From Eledone cirrhosa (lineage: Eukaryota): DNA of 64,000 nt. The notes under the pieces were generated by a model. That model searched no databases, was not told the origin of the DNA, and saw nothing but the letters and a program-made list of their open reading frames with translations. A program made the position numbers and the translations under genes. The stretch lies in assembly GCA_964016885.1 (NCBI GenBank), contig OZ024743.1, positions 212,040,001 through 212,104,000 of the forward strand, written 5' to 3'. Of the stretch, positions 53,383 to 64,000 are shown in pieces; position 1 is the first letter of the stretch, and every line of letters starts with the position of its first letter.

Positions 53383-55940
53383 ATCACACCTCACACAGCC
53401 AATGAGTGTCTGCACATGTACCAGTAATTAGAGATCGATCCGACCACGGGCGGCCGGCCCACGATCGAGAAAAAGGTAACTCCGCCGGCAAATCGTCATT
53501 TTTGTGATCCGTTTTCTTCGAAGCACACCATTCGCCGCCGGACTTCAGCTGCCTCATTTAGCATGGGCAGTTTTTTTTGAAAATCACACCACACACAACC
53601 AATGTGTGTCTGCACATGTACCAGTAATTACAGATCGATCCCACCACGGGCGGCCGGCCCACAATCGAAAAGGTTACTCCGCCTGCAAATCGTCATTTTC
53701 GGATTCGTTTTCTTCGAAGCACACCATTCGCCGGCGGACTTCAGCTGCCTCATTTAGCATGAGCAGTTTTTCTTGAAGATCATACCACACACAGCCAATG
53801 AGTGTCTGCACATGTACCAGTAATTACAGATGGATCCCACCACGGGCGGCCGGCCCACAATCGAAAAGGTTACTCCGCCTGCAAATCGTCATTTTCGGAT
53901 TCGTTTTCTTCGAAGCACACCATTCGCCGGCGGACTTCAGCTGCCTCATTTAGCATGAGCAGTTTTTCTTGAAGATCACACCACACACAGCCAATGAGTG
54001 TCTGCACATGTACCAGTAATTACAGATGGATCCCACCACGGGCGGCCGGCCCACAATCGAAAAGGTTACTCCGCCTGCAAATCGTCATTTTCGGATTCGT
54101 TTTCTTCGAAGCACACCATTCGCCGGCGGACTTCAGCTGCCTCATTTAGCATGGGCAGTTTTTCTTGAAGATCACACCACACACAGCCAATGAGTGTCTG
54201 CACATGTACCAGTAACTACAGATGGATCCCACCACGGGCGGCCGGCCCACAATCGAAAAGGTTACTCCGCCTGCAAATCGTCATTTTCGGATTCGTTTTC
54301 TTCGAAGCACACCATTCGCCGGCGGACTTCAGCTGCCTCATTTAGCATGGGCAGTTTTTCTTGAAGATCACACCACACACAGCCAATGAGTGTCTGCACA
54401 TGTACCAGTAATTAGAGATCGATCCGACCACGGGCGGCCGGCCCACGATCGACAAAATGGTAACTCCGCCGGCAAATCGTCATTTTTGTGATCCGTTTTC
54501 TTCGAAGCACACCATTCGCCGCCGGACTTCAGCTGCCTCATTTAGCATGGGCAGTTTTTTTTGAAAATCACACCACACACAACCAATGTGTGTCTGCACA
54601 TGTACCAGTAATTACAGATCGATCCCACCACGGGCGGCCGGCCCACAATCGAAAAGGTTACTCCGCCTGCAAATCGTCATTTTCGGATTCGTTTTCTTCG
54701 AAGCACACCATTCGCCGGCGGACTTCAGCTGCCTCATTTAGCATGAGCAGTTTTTCTTGAAGATCACACCACACACAGCCAATGAGTCTCTGCAAATGTA
54801 CCAGTAATTACAGATGGATCCCACCACGGGCGGCCGGCCCACAATCGAAAAGGTTACTCCGCCTGCAAATCGTCATTTTCGGATTCGTTTTCTTCGAAGC
54901 ACACCATTCGCCGGCGGACTTCAGCTGCCTCATTTAGCATGAGCAGTTTTTCTTGAAGATCACACCTCACACAGCCAATGAGTGTCTGCACATGTACCAG
55001 TAATTACAGATGGATCCCACCACGGGCGGCCGGCCCACAATCGAAAAGGTTACTCCGCCTGCAAATCGTCATTTTCGGATTCGTTTTCTTCGAAGCACAC
55101 CATTCGCCGGCGGACTTCAGCTGCCTCATTTAGCATGGGCAGTTTTTCTTGAAGATCACACCACACACAGCCAATGAGTGTCTGCACATGTACCAGTAAC
55201 TACAGATGGATCCCACCACGGGCGGCCGGCCCACAATCGAAAAGGTTACTTCGCCTGCAAATCGTCATTTTCGGATTCGTTTTCTTCGAAGCACACCATT
55301 CGCCGGCGGACTTCAGCTGCCTCATTTAGCATGGGCAGTTTTTCTTGAAGATCACACCACACACAGCCAATGAGTGTCTGCACATGTACCAGTAATTAGA
55401 GATCGATCCGACCACGGGCGGCCGGCCCACGATCGAGAAAATGGTAACTCCGCCGGCAAATCGTCATTTTTGTGATCCGTTTTCTTCGAAGCACACCATT
55501 CGCCGCCGGACTTCAGCTGCCTCATTTAGCATGGGCAGTTTTTTTTGAAAATCACACCACACACAACCAATGTGTGTCTGCACATGTACCAGTAATTACA
55601 GATCGATCCCACCACGGGCGGCCGGCCCACAATCGAAAAGGTTACTCCGCCTGCAAATCGTCATTTTCGGATTCGTTTTCTTCGAAGCACACCATTCGCC
55701 GGCGGACTTCAGCTGCCTCATTTAGCATGAGCAGTTTTTCTTGAAGATCACACCACACACAGCCAATGAGTCTCTGCAAATGTACCAGTAATTACAGATG
55801 GATCCCACCACGGGCGGCCGGCCCACAATCGAAAAGGTTACTCCGCCTGCAAATCGTCATTTTCGGATTCGTTTTCTTCGAAGCACACCATTCGCCGGCG
55901 GACTTGAGCTGCCTCATTTAGCATGGGCAGTTTTTCTTGA
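53383..55940. repeat. 984-bp pentamer (B+4A) tandem, about 2.6 copies; repeated at ~59695-62250
   Basis: ORFs 53504/54488/55472 and 59816/60800/61784 are spaced 984 = 200+4x196. Markers are GTAACTACAG and GAAAATGGTAAC. Confidence 0.88.
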
Positions 55941-56229
55941 AGATCACACCACACACACCCAATGAGTGTCTGCACATGTACCAGTAATTAGAGATCGATC
56001 CGACCATGGGCGGCCGGCCCACGATCGAGAAAAAGGTAACTCCGCCGGCAAATCGTCATTTTTGTGATCCGTTTTCTTCGAAGCACACCATTCGCCGCCG
56101 GACTTCAGCTGCCTCATTTAGCATGGGCAGTTTTTTTTGAAAATCACACCACACACAACCAATGTGTGTCTGCACATGTACCAGTAATTACAGATCGATC
56201 CGACCACGGGCGGCCGGCCCGCGATTGAA

Positions 56230-57410
56230 AAGGTAACTCCGCCGGCAAATCGTCATTTTTGTGATTCGTTTTCTTCGAAGCACACCATTCGCCGCCGGAC
56301 TTCAGCTGCCTCATTTAGCATGGGCAGTTTTTTTTGAAAATCACACCACACACAACCAATGTGTGTCTGCACATGTACCAGTAATTACAGATCGATCCCA
56401 CCACGAGTTCAATGTAAACAAACTTACGCTCAACGACTTTGTTGACGTTTAACACGGTTTGGTTCCACAGCCACAACTATTGATTTTACGGAGATATCTT
56501 GCTGTAATTCACGCCACACATAGCCAATGAGTGTCTGCACATGTAACAGTAATTACAGATCGATCCGACCACGGACGGCCGGCCCGCGATTGAAAAGGTA
56601 ACTCCGCCGGCAAATCGTCATTTTTGGATTCGTTTTCTTCGAAGCACACCATTCGCCGGCGGACTTTGTTGACGTTTAACACGGTTTGGTTCCACAGCCA
56701 CAACTATTGATTTTAAGGAGATATCTTGCTGAAATTCACGCCACACATAGCCAATGAGTGTCTGCACATGTACCAGTAATTACAGATGGATCCCACCACG
56801 GGCGGCCGGCCCACAATCGAAAAGGTAACTCCGCCGGCAAATCGTCATTTTTGTGATTCGTTTTCTTCGAAGCACACCATTCGCCGCCGGACTTCAGCTG
56901 CCTCATTTAGCATGGGCAGTTTTTTTTGAAAATCACACCACACACAACCAATGTGTGTCTGCACATGTACCAGTAATTACAGATCGATCCCACCACGAGT
57001 TCAATGTAAACAAACTTACGCTCAACGACTTTGTTGACGTTTAACACGGTTTGGTTCCACAGCCACAACTATTGATTTTACGGAGATATCTTGCTGAAAT
57101 TCACGCCACACATAGCCAATGAGTGTCTGCACATGTAACAGTAATTACAGATCGATCCGACCACGGACGGCCGGCCCGCGATTGAAAAGGTAACTCCGCC
57201 GGCAAATCGTCATTTTTGGATTCGTTTTCTTCGAAGCACACCATTCGCCGGCGGACTTTGTTGACGTTTAACACGGTTTGGTTCCACAGCCACAACTATT
57301 GATTTTAAGGAGATATCTTGCTGAAATTCACGCCACACATAGCCAATGAGTGTCTGCACATGTACCAGTAATTACAGATGGATCCCACCACGGGCGGCCG
57401 GCCCACAATC
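56230..57410. repeat. 592-bp trimer (C-D-E) x2
   Basis: ORF pairs 56261/56853 and 56509/57101 differ by 592 = 197+168+227. The private variant CATGTAACAG occurs in both copies. Confidence 0.88.
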
Positions 57411-60400
57411 GAAACGGTTACTCCGCCTGCAAATCGTCATTTTCGGATTCGTTTTCTTCGAAGCACACCATTTGCCGGCGGACTTCAGCTGCCTCATTTA
57501 GCATGAGCAGTTTTTCTTGAAGATCACACCACACACAGCCAATGAGTGTCTGCACATGTACCAGTAATTACAGATGGATCCCACCACGGGCGGCCGGCCC
57601 ACAATCGAAAAGGTTACTCCGCCTGCAAATCGTCATTTTCGGATTCGTTTTCTTCGAAGCACACCATTCGCCGGCGGACTTCAGCTGCCTCATTTAGCAT
57701 GGGCAGTTTTTCTTGAAGATCACACCACACACACCCAATGAGTGTCTGCACATGTACCAGTAATTAGAGATCGATCCGACCACGGGCGGCCGGCCCACGA
57801 TCGAGAAAAAGGTAACTCCGCCGGCAAATCGTCATTTTTGTGATCCGTTTTCTTCGAAGCACACCATTCGCCGCCGGACTTCAGCTGCCTCATTTAGCAT
57901 GGGCAGTTTTTTTTGAAAATCACACCACACACAACCAATGTGTGTCTGCACATGTACCAGTAATTACAGATCGATCCGACCACGGGCGGCCGGCCCGCGA
58001 TTGAAAAGGTAACTCCGCCGGCAAATCGTCATTTTTGTGATTCGTTTTCTTCGAAGCACACCATTCGCCGCCGGACTTCAGCTGCCTCATTTAGCATGGG
58101 CAGTTTTTTTTGAAAATCACACCACACACAACCAATGTGTGTCTGCACATGTACCAGTAATTACAGATCGATCCCACCACGAGTTCAATGTAAACAAACT
58201 TACGCTCAACGACTTTGTTGACGTTTAACACGGTTTGGTTCCACAGCCACAACTATTGATTTTACGGAGATATCTTGCTGAAATTCACGCCACACATAGC
58301 CAATGAGAGTCTGCACATGTACCAGTAATTACAGATCGATCCGACCAGGGGCGGCCGGCCCGCGATTGAAAAGGTAACTCCGCCGGCAAATCGTCATTTT
58401 TGGATTCGTTTTCTTCGAAGCACACCATTCGCCGGCGGACTTTGTTGACGTTTAACACGGTTTGGTTCCACAGCCACAACTATTGATTTTACGGAGATAT
58501 CTTGCTGAAATTCACGCCACACATAGCCAATGAGTGTCTGCACATGTAGCAGTAATTACAGATCGATCCGACCACGGATGGCCGGCCCGCGATTGAAAAG
58601 GTAACTCCGCCGGCAAATCGTCATTTTTGGATTCGTTTTCTTCGAAGCACACCATTCGCCGGCGGACTTTGTTGACGTTTAACACGGTTTGGTTCCACAG
58701 CCACAGCTATTGATTTTAAGGAGATATCTTGCTGAAATTCACGCCACACATAGCCAATGAGTGTCTGCACAAGTACTAGTAATTACAGATGGATCCCACC
58801 ACGGGCGGCCGGCCCACAATCGAAAAGGTTACTCCGCCTGCAAATCGTCATTTTCGGATTCGTTTTCTTCGAAGCACACCATTCGCCGGCGGACTTCAGC
58901 TGCCTCATTTAGCATGGGCAGTTTTTCTTGAAGATCACACCACACACAGCCAATGAGTGTCTGCACATGTACCAGTAATTAGAGATCGATCCGACCACGG
59001 GCGGCCGGCCCACGATCGAGAAAAAGGTAACTCCGCCGGCAAATCGTCATTTTTGTGATCCGTTTTCTTCGAAGCACACCATTCGCCGCCGGACTTCAGC
59101 TGCCTCATTTAGCATGGGCAGTTTTTTTTGAAAATCACACCACACACAACCAATGTGTGTCTGCACATGTACCAGTAATTACAGATCGATCCGACCACGG
59201 GCGGCCGGCCCGCGATTGAAAAGGTAACTCCGCCGGCAAATCGTCATTTTTGTGATTCGTTTTCTTCGAAGCACACCATTCGCCGCCGGACTTCAGCTGC
59301 CTCATTTAGCATGGGCAGTTTTTTTTGAAAATCACACCACACACAACCAATGTGTGTCTGCACATGTACCAGTAATTACAGATCGATCCCACCACGAGTT
59401 CAATGTAAACTAACTTACGCTCAACGACTTTGTTGACGTTTAACACGGTTTGGTTCCACAGCCACAACTATTGATTTTAAGGAGATATCTTGCTGAAATT
59501 CACGCCACACATAGCCAATGAGTGTCTGCACATGTACCAGTAATTACAGATGGATCCCACCACGGGCGGCCGGCCCACAATCGAAAAGGTTACTCCGCCT
59601 GCAAATCGTCATTTTCGGATTCGTTTTCTTCGAAGCACACCATTCGCCGGCGGACTTCAGCTGCCTCATTTAGCATGAGCAGTTTTTCTTGAAGATCACA
59701 CCTCACACAGCCAATGAGTGTCTGCACATGTACCAGTAATTAGAGATCGATCCGACCACGGGCGGCCGGCCCACGATCGAGAAAAAGGTAACTCCGCCGG
59801 CAAATCGTCATTTTTGTGATCCGTTTTCTTCGAAGCACACCATTCGCCGCCGGACTTCAGCTGCCTCATTTAGCATGGGCAGTTTTTTTTGAAAATCACA
59901 CCACACACAACCAATGTGTGTCTGCACATGTACCAGTAATTACAGATCGATCCCACCACGGGCGGCCGGCCCACAATCGAAAAGGTTACTCCGCCTGCAA
60001 ATCGTCATTTTCGGATTCGTTTTCTTCGAAGCACACCATTCGCCGGCGGACTTCAGCTGCCTCATTTAGCATGAGCAGTTTTTCTTGAAGATCATACCAC
60101 ACACAGCCAATGAGTGTCTGCACATGTACCAGTAATTACAGATGGATCCCACCACGGGCGGCCGGCCCACAATCGAAAAGGTTACTCCGCCTGCAAATCG
60201 TCATTTTCGGATTCGTTTTCTTCGAAGCACACCATTCGCCGGCGGACTTCAGCTGCCTCATTTAGCATGAGCAGTTTTTCTTGAAGATCACACCACACAC
60301 AGCCAATGAGTGTCTGCACATGTACCAGTAATTACAGATGGATCCCACCACGGGCGGCCGGCCCACAATCGAAAAGGTTACTCCGCCTGCAAATCGTCAT

Positions 60401-63400
60401 TTTCGGATTCGTTTTCTTCGAAGCACACCATTCGCCGGCGGACTTCAGCTGCCTCATTTAGCATGGGCAGTTTTTCTTGAAGATCACACCACACACAGCC
60501 AATGAATGTCTGCACATGTACCAGTAACTACAGATGGATCCCACCACGGGCGGCCGGCCCACAATCGAAAAGGTTACTCCGCCTGCAAATCGTCATTTTC
60601 GGATTCGTTTTCTTCGAAGCACACCATTCGCCGGCGGACTTCAGCTGCCTCATTTAGCATGGGCAGTTTTTCTTGAAGATCACACCACACACAGCCAATG
60701 AGTGTCTGCACATGTACCAGTAATTAGAGATCGATCCGACCACGGGCGGCCGGCCCACGATCGAGAAAATGGTAACTCCGCCGGCAAATCGTCATTTTTG
60801 TGATCCGTTTTCTTCGAAGCACACCATTCGCCGCCGGACTTCAGCTGCCTCATTTAGCATGGGCAGTTTTTTTTGAAAATCACACCACACACAACCAATG
60901 TGTGTCTGCACATGTACCAGTAATTACAGATCGATCCCACCACGGGCGGCCGGCCCACAATCGAAAAGGTTACTCCGCCTGCAAATCGTCATTTTCGGAT
61001 TCGTTTTCTTCGAAGCACACCATTCGCCGGCGGACTTCAGCTGCCTCATTTAGCATGAGCAGTTTTTCTTGAAGATCACACCACACACAGCCAATGAGTC
61101 TCTGCAAATGTACCAGTAATTACAGATGGATCCCACCACGGGCGGCCGGCCCACAATCGAAAAGGTTACTCCGCCTGCAAATCGTCATTTTCGGATTCGT
61201 TTTCTTCGAAGCACACCATTCGCCGGCGGTCTTCAGCTGCCTCATTTAGCATGAGCAGTTTTTCTTGAAGATCACACCTCACACAGCCAATGTGTGTCTG
61301 CACATGTACCAGTAATTACAGATGGATCCCACCACGGGCGGCCGGCCCACAATCGAAAAGGTTACTCCGCCTGCAAATCGTCATTTTCGGATTCGTTTTC
61401 TTCGAAGCACACCATTCGCCGGCGGACTTCAGCTGCCTCATTTAGCATGGGCAGTTTTTCTTGAAGATCACACCACACACAGCCAATGAGTGTCTGCACA
61501 TGTACCAGTAACTACAGATGGATCCCACCACGGGCGGCCGGCCCACAATCGAAAAGGTTACTTCGCCTGCAAATCGTCATTTTCGGATTCGTTTTCTTCG
61601 AAGCACACCATTCGCCGGCGGACTTCAGCTGCCTCATTTAGCATGGGCAGTTTTTCTTGAAGATCACACCACACACAGCCAATGAGTGTCTGCACATGTA
61701 CCAGTAATTAGAGATCGATCCGACCACGGGCGGCCGGCCCACGATCGAGAAAATGGTAACTCCGCCGGCAAATCGTCATTTTTGTGATCCGTTTTCTTCG
61801 AAGCACACCATTCGCCGCCGGACTTCAGCTGCCTCATTTAGCATGGGCAGTTTTTTTTGAAAATCACACCACACACAACCAATGTGTGTCTGCACATGTA
61901 CCAGTAATTACAGATCGATCCCACCACGGGCGGCCGGCCCACAATCGAAAAGGTTACTCCGCCTGCAAATCGTCATTTTCGGATTCGTTTTCTTCGAAGC
62001 ACACCATTCGCCGGCGGACTTCAGCTGCCTCATTTAGCATGAGCAGTTTTTCTTGAAGATCACACCACACACAGCCAATGAGTCTCTGCAAATGTACCAG
62101 TAATTACAGATGGATCCCACCACGGGCGGCCGGCCCACAATCGAAAAGGTTACTCCGCCTGCAAATCGTCATTTTCGGATTCGTTTTCTTCGAAGCACAC
62201 CATTCGCCGGCGGACTTGAGCTGCCTCATTTAGCATGGGCAGTTTTTCTTGAAGATCACACCACACACACCCAATGAGTGTCTGCACATGTACCAGTAAT
62301 TAGAGATCGATCCGACCATGGGCGGCCGGCCCACGATCGAGAAAAAGGTAACTCCGCCGGCAAATCGCCATTTTTGTGATCCGTTTTCTTCGAAGCACAC
62401 CATTCGCCGCCGGACTTCAGCTGCCTCATTTAGCATGGGCAGTTTTTTTTGAAAATCACACCACACACAACCAATGTGTGTCTGCACATGTACCAGTAAT
62501 TACAGATCGATCCGACCACGGGCGGCCGGCCCGCGATTGAAAAGGTAACTCCGCCGGCAAATCGTCATTTTTGTGATTCGTTTTCTTCGAAGCACACCAT
62601 TCGCCGCCGGACTTCAGCTGCCTCATTTAGCATGGGCAGTTTTTCTTGAAGATCATACCACACACAGCCAATGAGTGTCTGCACATGTACCAGTAATTAC
62701 AGATGGATCCCACCACGGGCGGCCGGCCCACAATCGAAAAGGTTACTCCGCCTGCAAATCGTCATTTTCGGATTCGTTTTCTTCGAAGCACACCATTCGC
62801 CGGCGGACTTCAGCTGCCTCATTTAGCATGAGCAGTTTTTCTTGAAGATCACACCACACACAGCCAATGAGTGTCTGCACATGTACCAGTAATTACAGAT
62901 GGATCCCACCACGGGCGGCCGGCCCACAATCGAAAAGGTTACTCCGCCTGCAAATCGTCATTTTCGGATTCGTTTTCTTCGAAGCACACCATTCGCCGGC
63001 GGACTTCAGCTGCCTCATTTAGCATGGGCAGTTTTTCTTGAAGATCACACCACACACAGCCAATGAGTGTCTGCACATGTACCAGTAACTACAGATGGAT
63101 CCCACCACGGGCGGCCGGCCCACAATCGAAAAGGTTACTCCGCCTGCAAATCGTCATTTTCGGATTCGTTTTCTTCGAAGCACACCATTCGCCGGCGGAC
63201 TTCAGCTGCCTCATTTAGCATGGGCAGTTTTTCTTGAAGATCACACCACACACAGCCAATGAGTGTCTGCACATGTACCAGTAATTAGAGATCGATCCGA
63301 CCACGGGCGGCCGGCCCACGATCGAGAAAATGGTAACTCCGCCTGCAAATCGTCATTTTCGGATTCGTTTTCTTCGAAGCACACCATTCGCCGGCGGACT

Positions 63401-64000
63401 TCAGCTGCCTCATTTAGCATGAGCAGTTTTTCTTGAAGATCACACCACACACAGCCAATGAGTCTCTGCAAATGTACCAGTAATTACAGATGGATCCCAC
63501 CACGGGCGGCCGGCCCACAATCGAAAAGGTTACTCCGCCTGCAAATCGTCATTTTCGGATTCGTTTTCTTCGAAGCACACCATTCGCCGGCGGACTTCAG
63601 CTGCCTCATTTAGCATGAGCAGTTTTTCTTGAAGATCACACCTCACACAGCCAATGAGTGTCTGCACATGTACCAGTAATTACAGATGGATCCCACCACG
63701 GGCGGCCGGCCCACAATCGAAAAGGTTACTCCGCCTGCAAATCGTCATTTTCGGATTCGTTTTCTTCGAAGCACACCATTCGCCGGCGGACTTCAGCTGC
63801 CTCATTTAGCATGGGCAGTTTTTCTTGAAGATCACACCACACACAGCCAATGAGTGTCTGCACATGTACCAGTAACTACAGATGGATCCCACCACGGGCG
63901 GCCGGCCCACAATCGAAAAGGTTACTTCGCCTGCAAATCGTCATTTTCGGATTCGTTTTCTTCGAAGCACACCATTCGCCGGCGGACTTCAGCTGCCTCA

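Larger units (their letters stand above)
1..64000. repeat. Tandem satellite DNA array, basic period ~196 bp, running off both window ends
   Basis: ATCACACCACACACAGCCAATGAGTGTCTGCACATGTACCAGTAATTA recurs at 1, 197, 393, 589 and, with minor variants, every 168-228 bp to the end of the window. No unique sequence, inversion or insertion was seen. Confidence 0.99.

Noticed and set aside
710-63471. All ORFs in the supplied track (MIRFLRST..., MWLWNQTV..., MQTLIGYV...)
   Set aside because: They are short (61-126 aa), many start at GTG or TTG, and they overlap on both strands. Monomer lengths of 196, 197, 200 and 227 bp break the frame. I recognise no domain. They recur only because the repeat recurs.
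1-64000. CRISPR-like array (constant head plus variable part)
   Set aside because: The variable parts are only a few recurring modules rather than unique spacers. The unit is far too long, and there are no cas genes or leader.

Overview
The whole 64 kb is one uninterrupted head-to-tail satellite DNA array of roughly 325 monomers, all in the same orientation. I find no credible gene, RNA gene, transposon or CRISPR array. The listed ORFs are the same few chance frames repeated with the monomer. The monomers are modular. A shared 66-bp head (H) is followed by one of two unrelated middles (M, 88 bp, GC-rich; or M2, 29 bp, AT-rich) and one of two unrelated tails (T1, 42 bp; or T2, 73 bp). Three of the four combinations occur: H-M-T1 (subtypes A 196, B 200, C 197 bp), H-M2-T2 (D, 168 bp) and H-M-T2 (E, 227/228 bp). 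H-M2-T1 (137 bp) was never seen. Monomers follow a near-fixed order (A)n-B-C-D-(E)n and form local, nested higher-order repeats (561, 592, 984, 2201, 2476, 2760 and 2961 bp) plus longer-range duplications (offsets 3951, 5135, 5770, 6312 and 20450 bp), with domain-specific SNPs. The monomer is rich in dyads, and the tail-switch point lies at hairpin features. By analogy this resembles eukaryotic centromeric or pericentromeric satellite, which is an inference. I do not recognise the family or the organism. All counts were made by eye and are approximate.
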